From the UHGV virus genome UHGV-1363143: a stretch of DNA of 64,000 nt; one strand, written 5' to 3'. The stretch is from a virus. The position numbers and the translations under genes were made by a program. This document shows positions 56,601 to 64,000 of the stretch, one piece after another (within the stretch, counting starts at the first letter, position 1; each line of letters starts with the position of its first letter). The notes beneath the pieces were generated by a model. That model ran no database searches. It was not told the origin of the DNA and worked only from the letters and a program-made list of their open reading frames with translations.

Positions 56601-59530
56601 TATACGATAAGAATAGTCCATTTGCTATTCGTGATAAAAATGGAAATGTAGTTGGATACACAACTACTTTAACTACTTCATTTAATGAAGACTTCTCTGG
56701 AACTTCTAGATCATCAATAGAAAAAGATAAAATAAAGAAAAACTTAGATAACAAAAAGGAAAAGTTAAGGGCATTAAATCCTGAAACTGATTCAGTTAGT
56801 TACAATGCTTTAAATGAGGAAATTAAAAACTTAGAGCATTCATATAGGGCTGCTAAGAACTATGATAAAACAATGACAATATCATCAAGAGAAACTGACA
56901 TGATGAGCCTATATGAATATGATGAAAGTAAAATGGCGAAGGTCAGAGAAAAGCTTGGTGGCGATTATAACAAAATATATAAGAGAATGTTAGATGAAGA
57001 TGGTCGTATTAATTCAGAATACACTGGCAGAGCAATACACCAAGGGTTCCTTGATGACATAGAAGACAAGGCATTTGAACAAGCTGTTGAGAATAAAAAA
57101 TATTTTGACAGTGCAAAAAATGCTATAACATACAATAATAGACCAGGACTAGGTACAGACTTCATAAAAGATAATAACTTTGAAGAAGTTAAAATAGGCG
57201 ATTTAGTAATTCCAAATGGACATGACACAAAGTTCCTTGAATCGGATCCAAACAGATCATTTGGAAGAAACTTATTGGTAGACACAGGGCTTTCAGGAAA
57301 TGATAGATATGTAGCAATTTCTGCTAACAACTATTCAATAACTGGAGACGATGTAAATACAGATGAAGTTCAAAAATCTTTAGCCAAATTACAAAGAGCT
57401 AGTAAAACTCTTGAAGATGGAAGAAAGGGAATTAATGGTGCATTAGATAATGGCACTACTGTTAAAGATCTAGAAGCAAGAGTTAGAAATGCAGCTGATG
57501 AATTAAAAGAATCTGTAGTTGGTTCTATGAGAAAAACTCTTGGTGGACTTGATTCAGTTCAACTTGGAGGATATTCATATGAAAAAGCTACTATGGCTAT
57601 GCTGGATCCAGATAGTCTAAAGAAAGCTATGGAAAATGGTAACTTCGATAAGAAAGCCTGGAATGGATATAAAATGTATGGAGTCTCTAAGATTAATGGA
57701 AAGACTCTTGGTGAATGGGCAAGCCAAGGAGTTCACTATGATGCATCATGGCATGGTAAACAATATTTTAAAGACCTAGGATACTTTGATAAAGCTGTAT
57801 GGAAAGATAAGTATAAAATGAAGTCTGTAGACGAAATGATAGAATATCTTAGGGTTAATGGTACAGCAGGAATAGAACTGCGTACACCTACGATTAAAGA
57901 AGGTTCTATGTCTGTTACAAGACAATATCTTGACACAGATTTAAAGGATGGTCAGGCTAAAGCTACAGCCTCTCTTGTTTTTGGAAGAAATCAGGACCAT
58001 GATGGAGATAGTGTTATACAAGCTGAATTAAGACATAAAGACTGGACATTAGCAGACTATGAAATAGGAATGAAAAATAACCCTAATAATGTTCCTGAAG
58101 ATGTAAAAAAATACTATGAAGAATTAAATGCTGCCCAAACATATAGAGCTAGTACAATAAACAATAAGATATATGAAAACGTAGCAGTTCCAACATACAA
58201 TGACGATGTAAAAAATGCATTAAAAAACGCAAATGTTAACAAAGTACTTGCAAGTGAAAAAGTAAACCTTAATGGACGATATATTACTCCATTCTCTCAG
58301 GCTGAAACAGATACAGCATTAAGAAATGATTATCTTAAAAAGTATGGAGAAATAGAAGAGTCATTAATCAGTAAACTAGGAAAAGAGAAATACAAATCTC
58401 TTAATGTTATAGAAAGAGCAAAAGAAATAGATACTCATATTGCTGGTTTAGCTGATGACGTTAAAGATGGATATAGAACTGCAGCTAGATTCGTCGAAAT
58501 TTATGAAAAAGATATGTCAGCAGTAATGTCTAAAGTAGCTGGTAAAGCTTCTATCGGATATATTAATACACCACTAGCCTCATTAAGAAGGGCAGCAGCA
58601 GTAGAAGGATTTTCTGGAGATCAACGTAAGTATATCCAAGCAGCAGCAGATATACTAGAACAAAATATCATATCTAAGAAGCATAGTACAGATTATGCTA
58701 TATCTTTAGCTCAGACTTTTAGATCTAGTCTTAATGATATGTTTGAAGGGAAAATATCTGGTGCTAATAATGTAAATAGGTTGATAAGAGAAAATTATTC
58801 TGGAGCTATGGTAGAAAAGCTTAAAATATTTAATGATATTGACTTTTCAGGAGTAGATGATGAAGAAATCCTAAATAGAATAACTTCAACTATATCAGAT
58901 GTTGGTAGAGCAGCTAGTAATAATAGTAATTTTAGAAACATCATAAAAGCAGAGAACGCTAAAAATTCACTAACAGCAAGCAATATGGAAGATGTATTAT
59001 CAGGAATATCTGAAAGAAGTACAGGACATAACAAATCTCTCGCAAGAGCTAAATACAATGGAGGATCTACATCATCAGTAAATGCTTCAATTGATATGGA
59101 TGGCTTTGAATCTTCGGCAAAGAAAGTCATTTCATCTGCTTCTGAAGTTATAGATGATATGGCTAGAAGTGTAGGCGGTAGTGGATTAGCAAAAGCTGCC
59201 TTAGGTATAGCTGGAGCAATTATGGCTGCAGGTTATATTGGAGGTAATCCAACAATAGCACCTGGAACAGAAGCTCAAGATTTAGATAGTTATGATTCCC
59301 TACAAGACAAGGACTTATCTATACAACAACTCCCTCAGGGAACTGGACAAGGATATGTAATAAACATTAATGCTCAAAGTGCTAGAGGCCAAGATCATGC
59401 AATTAAAGCAATTCAACAAGCTATGCAATCAAGTGTGACTACTGATATTAATATAGCTATGAATGTAAATGATAAGACAAACACTATAAATAGTAGATAT
59501 ATAGACAAACTATTGTCTGGTGCAATATAG
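50648..59530 (+). CDS. giant protein (2960 aa): N-terminal DnaQ-like DEDDh 3'-5' exonuclease domain; C-terminal region with RNA-polymerase-like DPBB motif (candidate virion RNA polymerase)
   Basis: Exo I VFDTETLSG ... LQEIAF, Exo II VAGFNSTNFDFEKM, Exo III AAHTAGADVTTLAHL (about aa 155-440). RTPTIK then 38 residues to NQDHDGDSV (nt 57881-58012) parallels beta-prime RAPTLH ... NADFDGDQM. GTG start with GAGGTG 7 nt upstream. Confidence 0.7.
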   Translation: MRSRINVFEHNKKIENRIKSREAIVKEEFGGKSGEALVEEVNKRMAMAYIMDNDFKKKYIEFGKDSVILGSKYVDDAVNKYAPINGIKQTYDDIRPMFNFVNNISNHLKSKQTGNELILNAIELNNGMNYSKISTKANMSVTSLNKAYDNFKKSEEFFVFDTETLSGMGKTGYNELDRLQEIAFRKFKKVDGKLVEDEASRVETLIGITQKQYDEYMDIFVNNFNENGWQGNQKYEVIAGRFAKLGHKDTVIKNAGKGLAITESFASDASENLMDVSNIKRGLERALEIGKRQDAERLSNGLMVWEDQLLRSVKIFNENFVAGFNSTNFDFEKMNQSIGTVWNSMNSTQKAEYSKILNLKNGTVPVINPIEGNYLDFRDVVRTAAESIGKTGIYGNDNEKLKTIKGIGKTLLQQESLGEVFAKDAMFTAAHTAGADVTTLAHLMGGKELNGASLFDELMTTINKNASALTGKVDYNSVLMATQGEFFNDFTRKGALNFTTDRSSGAIRTFNGMSLDANGDVRDLGKFGKATGLKKNVAYKIGFMGEMDMSEDWIKKMSGIHQDYAQGKLWVAKFNPLIDKTIAGDNSILEDPTTYFFTSKEAMEGFVSSHFAHVGNIGTDGKIEDLADPAARAEVQKLFGVHTIKDGKVSEAATQTASELVSNGTIQAMNDPAARMIRENEYTKAIKFQRMQDYLKKNGATTIDEQKKMLSLATAENVAGGKTLKIKHDVLSILGFQDKEVNKQVLYSSTLNNTINSYGYMASKRNVIDSLVEAVKEYGNIGSEQQQFIYDSLMRGLREDAANAIASGDLEKEALINGSSELKVYAKDLDYFEFDMPEGYFKNTNAKAMPGEIDNVLRVNLKSEKEYSLVNDLLRRRRGNDDRLKSPNARQAYGMQELRNFANTVNSLEEYKGIFDDILYGKPVNELKNLANLKKYEKSLLKDELYSSFDNVVNNIVNNNEEVIESRASLEQLRKRRIELQNFINENNGKRNSLRPELEVLSNEFKNTILPDDQWQSLLPDDKRIIKEKQKDIMLKQKELLSTFDNSDLFTELSEIESNMEEQYNHLFNVLDISRSNAKTSLKEMFSTKINNKNKEIDEVFNKLNEVISTVPIEADISVDAMSEKLIQAMKNFRENNPSSGFSKDRVIQNVLDSDELLSTLDDDFVKKSIENTKSNLPNLKLIDVNNKNEVKSYAEEIVDSILMPTVKDSDGNLLKNIDDIATFAQKTYGYNETTTKLFKYNLQMQREEHVKGISDLVTAVGRKNGFITYDKSTSELGMRIGGETYNLWGMPKTRIENGTLFIANGQGNFASGFKLDVQDAIDGKRLNRGKVAIKSDLADSYKELRSLNYRLDRAAARGDDLGKTVIGAVSNVASKVRELSALGSMTTKDSYAWQGMDLSEGILSMPYMLDEIKSYDGWQDDDFIKILERNKNRILNGNITSEVQEAYAKNKQDVVKMLLGIGAGNENKQRTVQEFIAGNISNYTKDGKLAVGRAMVGEYSPMAMTEWDNPSRPPISSADEILFNKKKLDDIINDPTKGLKGRIETGSRIVSTRQGAGRKFDGIGEVATGVTFKNANISEKKFKEIISDKFEEELEKVNPNSSRAEWLESLRRQMSGLNLTEQGKLIDGRVADALLSETETQRINTFKNFSRDMKNNTKIMNDRIKKAMPTIEIAQSGEIVFKLGKKDYVKRGDALFAIDGYGDVLDTIGVKEDAGLFGFGYNSKGSNLAVGEDEISKLLNKNKNRILNADGTINQDKAMRLLNESFDSGFYVKNAFVKGYNKGTIEYAEKGMYDALVSGAGTLDNRVDKLLEAVGMKEASGKVLSEDFIDLIAEKYSGLTAKQRSDLGFAGGWNQVKNAINKEKFAKTDFIREIDAFKDIVAFTNDNVIKHGNAGIAMKGLINNITEKYMIDDKLSFEEASKKTVDILNKEIIIDKSTGEKGKIFNGVDISFKDGKIHIGEIKDTLNATIDKYAVQALTDELGLYDKNSPFAIRDKNGNVVGYTTTLTTSFNEDFSGTSRSSIEKDKIKKNLDNKKEKLRALNPETDSVSYNALNEEIKNLEHSYRAAKNYDKTMTISSRETDMMSLYEYDESKMAKVREKLGGDYNKIYKRMLDEDGRINSEYTGRAIHQGFLDDIEDKAFEQAVENKKYFDSAKNAITYNNRPGLGTDFIKDNNFEEVKIGDLVIPNGHDTKFLESDPNRSFGRNLLVDTGLSGNDRYVAISANNYSITGDDVNTDEVQKSLAKLQRASKTLEDGRKGINGALDNGTTVKDLEARVRNAADELKESVVGSMRKTLGGLDSVQLGGYSYEKATMAMLDPDSLKKAMENGNFDKKAWNGYKMYGVSKINGKTLGEWASQGVHYDASWHGKQYFKDLGYFDKAVWKDKYKMKSVDEMIEYLRVNGTAGIELRTPTIKEGSMSVTRQYLDTDLKDGQAKATASLVFGRNQDHDGDSVIQAELRHKDWTLADYEIGMKNNPNNVPEDVKKYYEELNAAQTYRASTINNKIYENVAVPTYNDDVKNALKNANVNKVLASEKVNLNGRYITPFSQAETDTALRNDYLKKYGEIEESLISKLGKEKYKSLNVIERAKEIDTHIAGLADDVKDGYRTAARFVEIYEKDMSAVMSKVAGKASIGYINTPLASLRRAAAVEGFSGDQRKYIQAAADILEQNIISKKHSTDYAISLAQTFRSSLNDMFEGKISGANNVNRLIRENYSGAMVEKLKIFNDIDFSGVDDEEILNRITSTISDVGRAASNNSNFRNIIKAENAKNSLTASNMEDVLSGISERSTGHNKSLARAKYNGGSTSSVNASIDMDGFESSAKKVISSASEVIDDMARSVGGSGLAKAALGIAGAIMAAGYIGGNPTIAPGTEAQDLDSYDSLQDKDLSIQQLPQGTGQGYVININAQSARGQDHAIKAIQQAMQSSVTTDINIAMNVNDKTNTINSRYIDKLLSGAI

Positions 59531-59539
59531 AATTTTTGA

Positions 59540-59568
59540 AGAGTAACTAATAAAAAGTTACTCTTTTT
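59540..59568 (+). terminator. rho-independent terminator
   Basis: AGAGTAACT ... AGTTACTCT 9-bp stem followed by T5. Confidence 0.6.
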
Positions 59569-59671
59569 GCGTTGTAATGAATAAAAGAAAGGTAATAACT
59601 AAACATGAAGTCCAAGCAATATAGATTGGATGTTATTTCACATAATATATATTTAAGGGAGTGATAAACAA

Positions 59672-62600
59672 ATGGCGAAATTTTACAGTTCAGTTGATGA
59701 AAAGTTTTATAAGACACCTGATATGGGCGATTATTATGATGAAGATTTAATAGAAGAAATGATGACAAGTATAGATCCTAATAATCCTAAGAATGCAACG
59801 TATTATGTAGAAACACCTTTTAGTACTGCGTTAGGATATCACCCAGATTATGAGGCTTTTGTATTAAAAGCAGATGCCATAATTAAAAAGAATGATTACA
59901 AATATGGCGGAACTACTGGGGCAGAAAAAGAATATTTAAATGATATTGATGCAGATACTATATCTTTCTATCTAGATTCAGTGGATGATGGAGGAATGCC
60001 TTTTGAATTGAACGGAGAAAAATATAAAGGCTTCAAAGATTATGTATATAACCAGACTGATTTTATAACATTCAAACAAAAAGTTTTTAAGATAAGAACT
60101 ATAGGAATAAATGCTCCTGAAGTACCTCACTATAAAATAGTCCCTATGTCAGATGAAGATGCTAAAACTAAACTTAAAGAGGTTAGCATTTCTGAAATGA
60201 AAAGGGGAGGGTATATATATGAAATAAATAAACCTAGAACTCAGGAAAAATATCCTTTTATTTTTATAGACAATAAATGGAGAGAAGTAGTCAATGGCAG
60301 AAATGTAGACGGAACATATGGATCAAGACAACACCCATTTAAAGATTCTGAAGAATATGATGGTGCAAGTAAGAATGAAGATGATAAATCTAGATATTAC
60401 ACTTGCTTATTAAAAGATGAACAAAGTACTTTAGATATGAATGGAGATGTAAACTTAGGACTACTTGCTACAAGAGAAGCACTTGATTTACTTGAATCAG
60501 CACAAGATATGAGAATAGTAGTCGATGCAAAGCAATTACAAACATCTGCTAATTATTCAGAGATACAAAAAGTATTAATGGAAGGATGGAGCGAAGATAA
60601 TTCTCTATGGGAAGTTATAAAGGCTATGTATATAAAGACTTTTGGTGAAAGTAAAACTACTGTTAAGTATGGTGGATTTGGTACTTTCGGACAAGACTCC
60701 TATAAACGTTTCCTTGGTGCAATATATGTAAAGGCTGCAATTAATGGTGCTCCTACTGCATGGATAAACTTAGCTAAGTATGTTAGGTCCAAAGTAGGGG
60801 ATAGAGTCCAATTAATGAAAGGATTAGATCCAGTATCTCAAGACAATGGAAATGGAGTTTCAGATGCATTTAAAGTATGGTCTTATGATAACTCAAATAT
60901 GCTTATTGCAGATGGATTCTATAATATCAGTCAAGCTGATTTTGATGATAGAAGGCAAATTCAAAGAGAAATTACAGGATTAGATTTTTCCCAATATAGA
61001 GACTATACAGTTATGATAGGTGACTGTTTATTTATGGTACCACCAACGTCAATAAGAGTTGTAAACCAAGTTGATAGTAATAGAGTACCCCTTTTAAGAA
61101 GTAAGGGCTCAATAACAAAAACTAAGCCACATAACGATAGATTGATAGAAATGACATTATACTTCAATGGAGAAGAAGGTATCAATGGAGTTCCTATTAA
61201 AAAGCAACTACCAAAACAAAAAGGAACTAATCAATATGAAACTTATTATATGAATGGTCTTAGAAGTTTAATAGCTATGTTTAGATATACTCCATTTATG
61301 CCAGTAGAAAATAAGTACTTAAATGATGTTCTTGGAATAGAAGCAGTATCTCTTGCTAATCTACAAATACAAACAATGCCAATGTATCCAAAATGTTTGG
61401 CGGTCACTTTAACTCTTCAACAATTCAATTACAGAATATATCTTAATGAATTACCATTACCTGATCCTGAAGAAGGACAAGACTTCAATTATAACATGTA
61501 TGCTAGAACTATCAATTACGGAATAATGAGATATTACTATCAAAGAGCAATTCAAGCAGGGGAAGCTATTAAAGATTTAAGTACTAGCAGTCAAGAGTAT
61601 ATTGAATCAACTATGGGAAGTAAAACAAAATTAATCCCTATGGAATTCAAGGATCAAAACATAAGATTCCAAATTCTTGATTCTAATTGGTTAGATAAAA
61701 TGAAATCAATTAAAGAACTTGCTACTAAACAACCTATACAGCAGACACAAGCATTAAATCAAAAAACACTTGATTGGGCCAATAGAGTCGGCATAAGTAT
61801 GTATCACATTATAAATGCTGTAAATAACATTGAAGCTTGTGCATCACCATCATTCAATAGTCTTGAAAATCCTATATTATGGTTGCAAGAAAAACTACTA
61901 ACAAACCAAACTTGTCCTCATTTGGTTGAGATTGGCAAAGGTGTGGAATCTGGTGAAGGAATATATGATTTTAGCTTTGTATTTGATACAGATTCATTGA
62001 CTAAAGAAGAATTACAAAATCTAATGATAGCAATTACTAATGAATTAAATATAAAGAAAAATGATGCAGATAGACTTATATTTGAGGACGGCATTATAAC
62101 TATAAGTGCTAAATTATCTAAGGACGTTCATACAGATGGAGAAACAGATTACAAATGTGACACAAGCACAGATGACTATGCAGTAGCACAATTCTTTGCA
62201 TTTAGGTCAGGCATGTTTAACGAAGGGGAACTGTCTGATGATATCAATAATGATAATTGGGATGGATTTTCTACTGTAGTGAATGAAGCATTCTTTGAAA
62301 ATATGAAAGATAATGCTATAGATGAAGAATCTTTATTGAGTGCAAAATTCAAGGATTATCCTTTAGATATTATTGTTCAACAATTTAGTATCTCAATGGG
62401 AAATACCTTATCGAATACTAAACTTAAGATACATGAAGGTTATGCTCCACAATATGCAGGGGGACAAGATACTGTATTAGACTTTGTATTTCACACTACA
62501 GATGAGAGCACAGTAACACTACTTAACAATATGCAACAAATGGCTGCTGAACAATTAATAAAATATAGACAAATAATTAATTGTTGGCCAATTAGAATAG

Positions 62601-64000
62601 ATTCGGAAATGACTAGACTTTGTGGCATTCATGAAGTAGTTATAGAATCCGTAGATATTTCTACAGTACCAATGCAACCAGGACTATTTGCAATACAATG
62701 TAGAGCAATATCTGTAGATAGAACTATGAGAAATAGAGAAGCATTAAGAAGAATAGATGCCATGAATAATGCAGGTGCAATTAATCCAGAAGCAATGAGT
62801 TCTTGGGTATATAAGACTTATTTTGATTTAAATAAAACTTTATCAAAAGCAGAAGTATATCCAGATTTAGAATTACCTACAATAGATGAATTAGAAAGCA
62901 CAGGTTATAAATTTATAAGATATGTAAGAAACAGAGAAATGAGAACATATCCAGATCCTGATTTCTATTTTGTGTATGGATATGCGTATTCATCTCAAAT
63001 GTTAAGAAAATCAATTATAGAATATTTTGACAAGCAAATTACGAATGATAAAGGAGAGGCTAGAGCTGTAATTACTCAAGCTAAAACTTCATATGTTCAA
63101 AGCGGAACCAGTCAAGAAACACTTGCTTCCATGAATGATAATGATCCTGATAATGTAATTTATTATGACCATCAAAATAAAGAATTAGAAGGAAAATATA
63201 ATGAAGCTGTAAAAAAAGATATTGAATATATAAACAGTACAAGACAGCAGTCTACAGAGGAAGATCAAAAATATGAAGAAAAAATAAGAGCAGCAGAAGA
63301 ACTGTATAATCAGAGCACATATTTTGAAGATCAACTTATGGCACTAAGTCCTAAAAGCTGGGATATATGTTCATCTATTAAATGTACTTTACCTGAAACA
63401 CTTCCTGATGGAGAAGAAGGAACATTAGAAGCCAATATTAAAAAGGACTTAAAAGATGTGAGCTCTAAAATAATTGAAATTATAGATGAAGCCCTTAGTA
63501 AACCTATAGACGCTACTGAGTATTCGAACTCATCAATACGTGTAGGATATGATTATCATAAAACTCTTAGAAAAGAAGTCAAGAAATTTGTTGAGAATGA
63601 AACAGAAAAAAACTCAGTATGGCAAAAAATAATATCTGAATTTGGAACTTCAATAGACTCAAAAACTAAGAAAAACATAAGAGCAATATATGAGGCAGCA
63701 GCAATGGCTCTTAGTGGAAACTCTGAATTTTCAAAAGATATGAATAAAGATAACTACTGTGCAAGAGCTTATTTCTTTAATAACAATGTAGACACTAATT
63801 ACTCAACTGCAGAAGATGACTATACTTCAAATAAAATTAAATGGTTTCCAAATAGTATAATTATAGATAAAAATACAGGAGATATATTTAACGCAAATAA
63901 TATAGATAATGCTATAGCAAATGGAATAACATTTGGACCTTATCAAGTAAGAAAGTATGATGCCGAGTTTTTAAAAGATTTTTATTCAGATAAATCAATT
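59672..64000 (+). CDS. third giant ORF (1443 codons or more, 3' end beyond window)
   Basis: ATG at 59672 preceded by AAGGGAG. Frame stays open to the window edge (no competing ORFs on either strand except one 60-aa antisense call). No family recognised. Confidence 0.6.
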   Translation, partial: MAKFYSSVDEKFYKTPDMGDYYDEDLIEEMMTSIDPNNPKNATYYVETPFSTALGYHPDYEAFVLKADAIIKKNDYKYGGTTGAEKEYLNDIDADTISFYLDSVDDGGMPFELNGEKYKGFKDYVYNQTDFITFKQKVFKIRTIGINAPEVPHYKIVPMSDEDAKTKLKEVSISEMKRGGYIYEINKPRTQEKYPFIFIDNKWREVVNGRNVDGTYGSRQHPFKDSEEYDGASKNEDDKSRYYTCLLKDEQSTLDMNGDVNLGLLATREALDLLESAQDMRIVVDAKQLQTSANYSEIQKVLMEGWSEDNSLWEVIKAMYIKTFGESKTTVKYGGFGTFGQDSYKRFLGAIYVKAAINGAPTAWINLAKYVRSKVGDRVQLMKGLDPVSQDNGNGVSDAFKVWSYDNSNMLIADGFYNISQADFDDRRQIQREITGLDFSQYRDYTVMIGDCLFMVPPTSIRVVNQVDSNRVPLLRSKGSITKTKPHNDRLIEMTLYFNGEEGINGVPIKKQLPKQKGTNQYETYYMNGLRSLIAMFRYTPFMPVENKYLNDVLGIEAVSLANLQIQTMPMYPKCLAVTLTLQQFNYRIYLNELPLPDPEEGQDFNYNMYARTINYGIMRYYYQRAIQAGEAIKDLSTSSQEYIESTMGSKTKLIPMEFKDQNIRFQILDSNWLDKMKSIKELATKQPIQQTQALNQKTLDWANRVGISMYHIINAVNNIEACASPSFNSLENPILWLQEKLLTNQTCPHLVEIGKGVESGEGIYDFSFVFDTDSLTKEELQNLMIAITNELNIKKNDADRLIFEDGIITISAKLSKDVHTDGETDYKCDTSTDDYAVAQFFAFRSGMFNEGELSDDINNDNWDGFSTVVNEAFFENMKDNAIDEESLLSAKFKDYPLDIIVQQFSISMGNTLSNTKLKIHEGYAPQYAGGQDTVLDFVFHTTDESTVTLLNNMQQMAAEQLIKYRQIINCWPIRIDSEMTRLCGIHEVVIESVDISTVPMQPGLFAIQCRAISVDRTMRNREALRRIDAMNNAGAINPEAMSSWVYKTYFDLNKTLSKAEVYPDLELPTIDELESTGYKFIRYVRNREMRTYPDPDFYFVYGYAYSSQMLRKSIIEYFDKQITNDKGEARAVITQAKTSYVQSGTSQETLASMNDNDPDNVIYYDHQNKELEGKYNEAVKKDIEYINSTRQQSTEEDQKYEEKIRAAEELYNQSTYFEDQLMALSPKSWDICSSIKCTLPETLPDGEEGTLEANIKKDLKDVSSKIIEIIDEALSKPIDATEYSNSSIRVGYDYHKTLRKEVKKFVENETEKNSVWQKIISEFGTSIDSKTKKNIRAIYEAAAMALSGNSEFSKDMNKDNYCARAYFFNNNVDTNYSTAEDDYTSNKIKWFPNSIIIDKNTGDIFNANNIDNAIANGITFGPYQVRKYDAEFLKDFYSDKSI

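Noticed and set aside
53164-57330. Multiple 70-170-aa antisense ORFs inside the 2960-aa gene
   Set aside because: All are Ser/Leu/Phe-rich shadow frames of an AT-rich long CDS. No RBS, and they overlap a continuous 8.9-kb reading frame.
1-64000. Integrase, transposase or other mobile-element boundary
   Set aside because: No recombinase-like ORF and no attachment-site-like repeat was recognisable in this window. Prophage vs virulent status cannot be decided from this window.

Overview
The window is about 64 kb of a low-GC (about 30% GC by eye), tightly packed contractile-tailed phage or prophage genome. Host-type signals point to Firmicutes/Clostridia: strong AGGAGG-type ribosome-binding sites and AT-rich codon usage. 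No tRNA, rRNA, CRISPR array, integrase or transposase was found. Left part (1-14.3 kb): all genes are leftward (- strand) and look like an early/accessory block. It holds an RNase H, a stand-alone minimal GGDEF diguanylate cyclase, an ImmA-like HExxH metallopeptidase, a DUF3990-like protein and two large unknown proteins. Two long non-coding islands (1418-3276 and 5900-6694) interrupt this block and carry GC-rich motifs, ~30-nt direct repeats and GC hairpins with 3-nt loops. Right part (14.4 kb to the end): a rightward structural operon in a T4-like core order. It runs endolysin (amidase_2 + SPOR + PG-binding), Gly-zipper membrane proteins, large terminase, a cellular-type GroES, portal, protease/scaffold-like protein and two capsid-type proteins. 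These are followed by a 1011-aa tail sheath, three tail-tube paralogs (220, 913 and 391 aa) and a 2078-aa tape-measure-like protein. The operon ends with a 2960-aa giant ORF and a further giant ORF running off the window. The most striking point is the 2960-aa ORF. It has an N-terminal DnaQ-like DEDDh exonuclease domain and, near the C-terminus, an R-x-P-T-I ... D-H-D-G-D arrangement that resembles the catalytic double-psi beta-barrel of beta-prime, YonO, crAss-like virion and QDE-1-type RNA polymerases. This makes it a candidate giant virion RNA polymerase. All family assignments are by eye from motifs; no database search was run.
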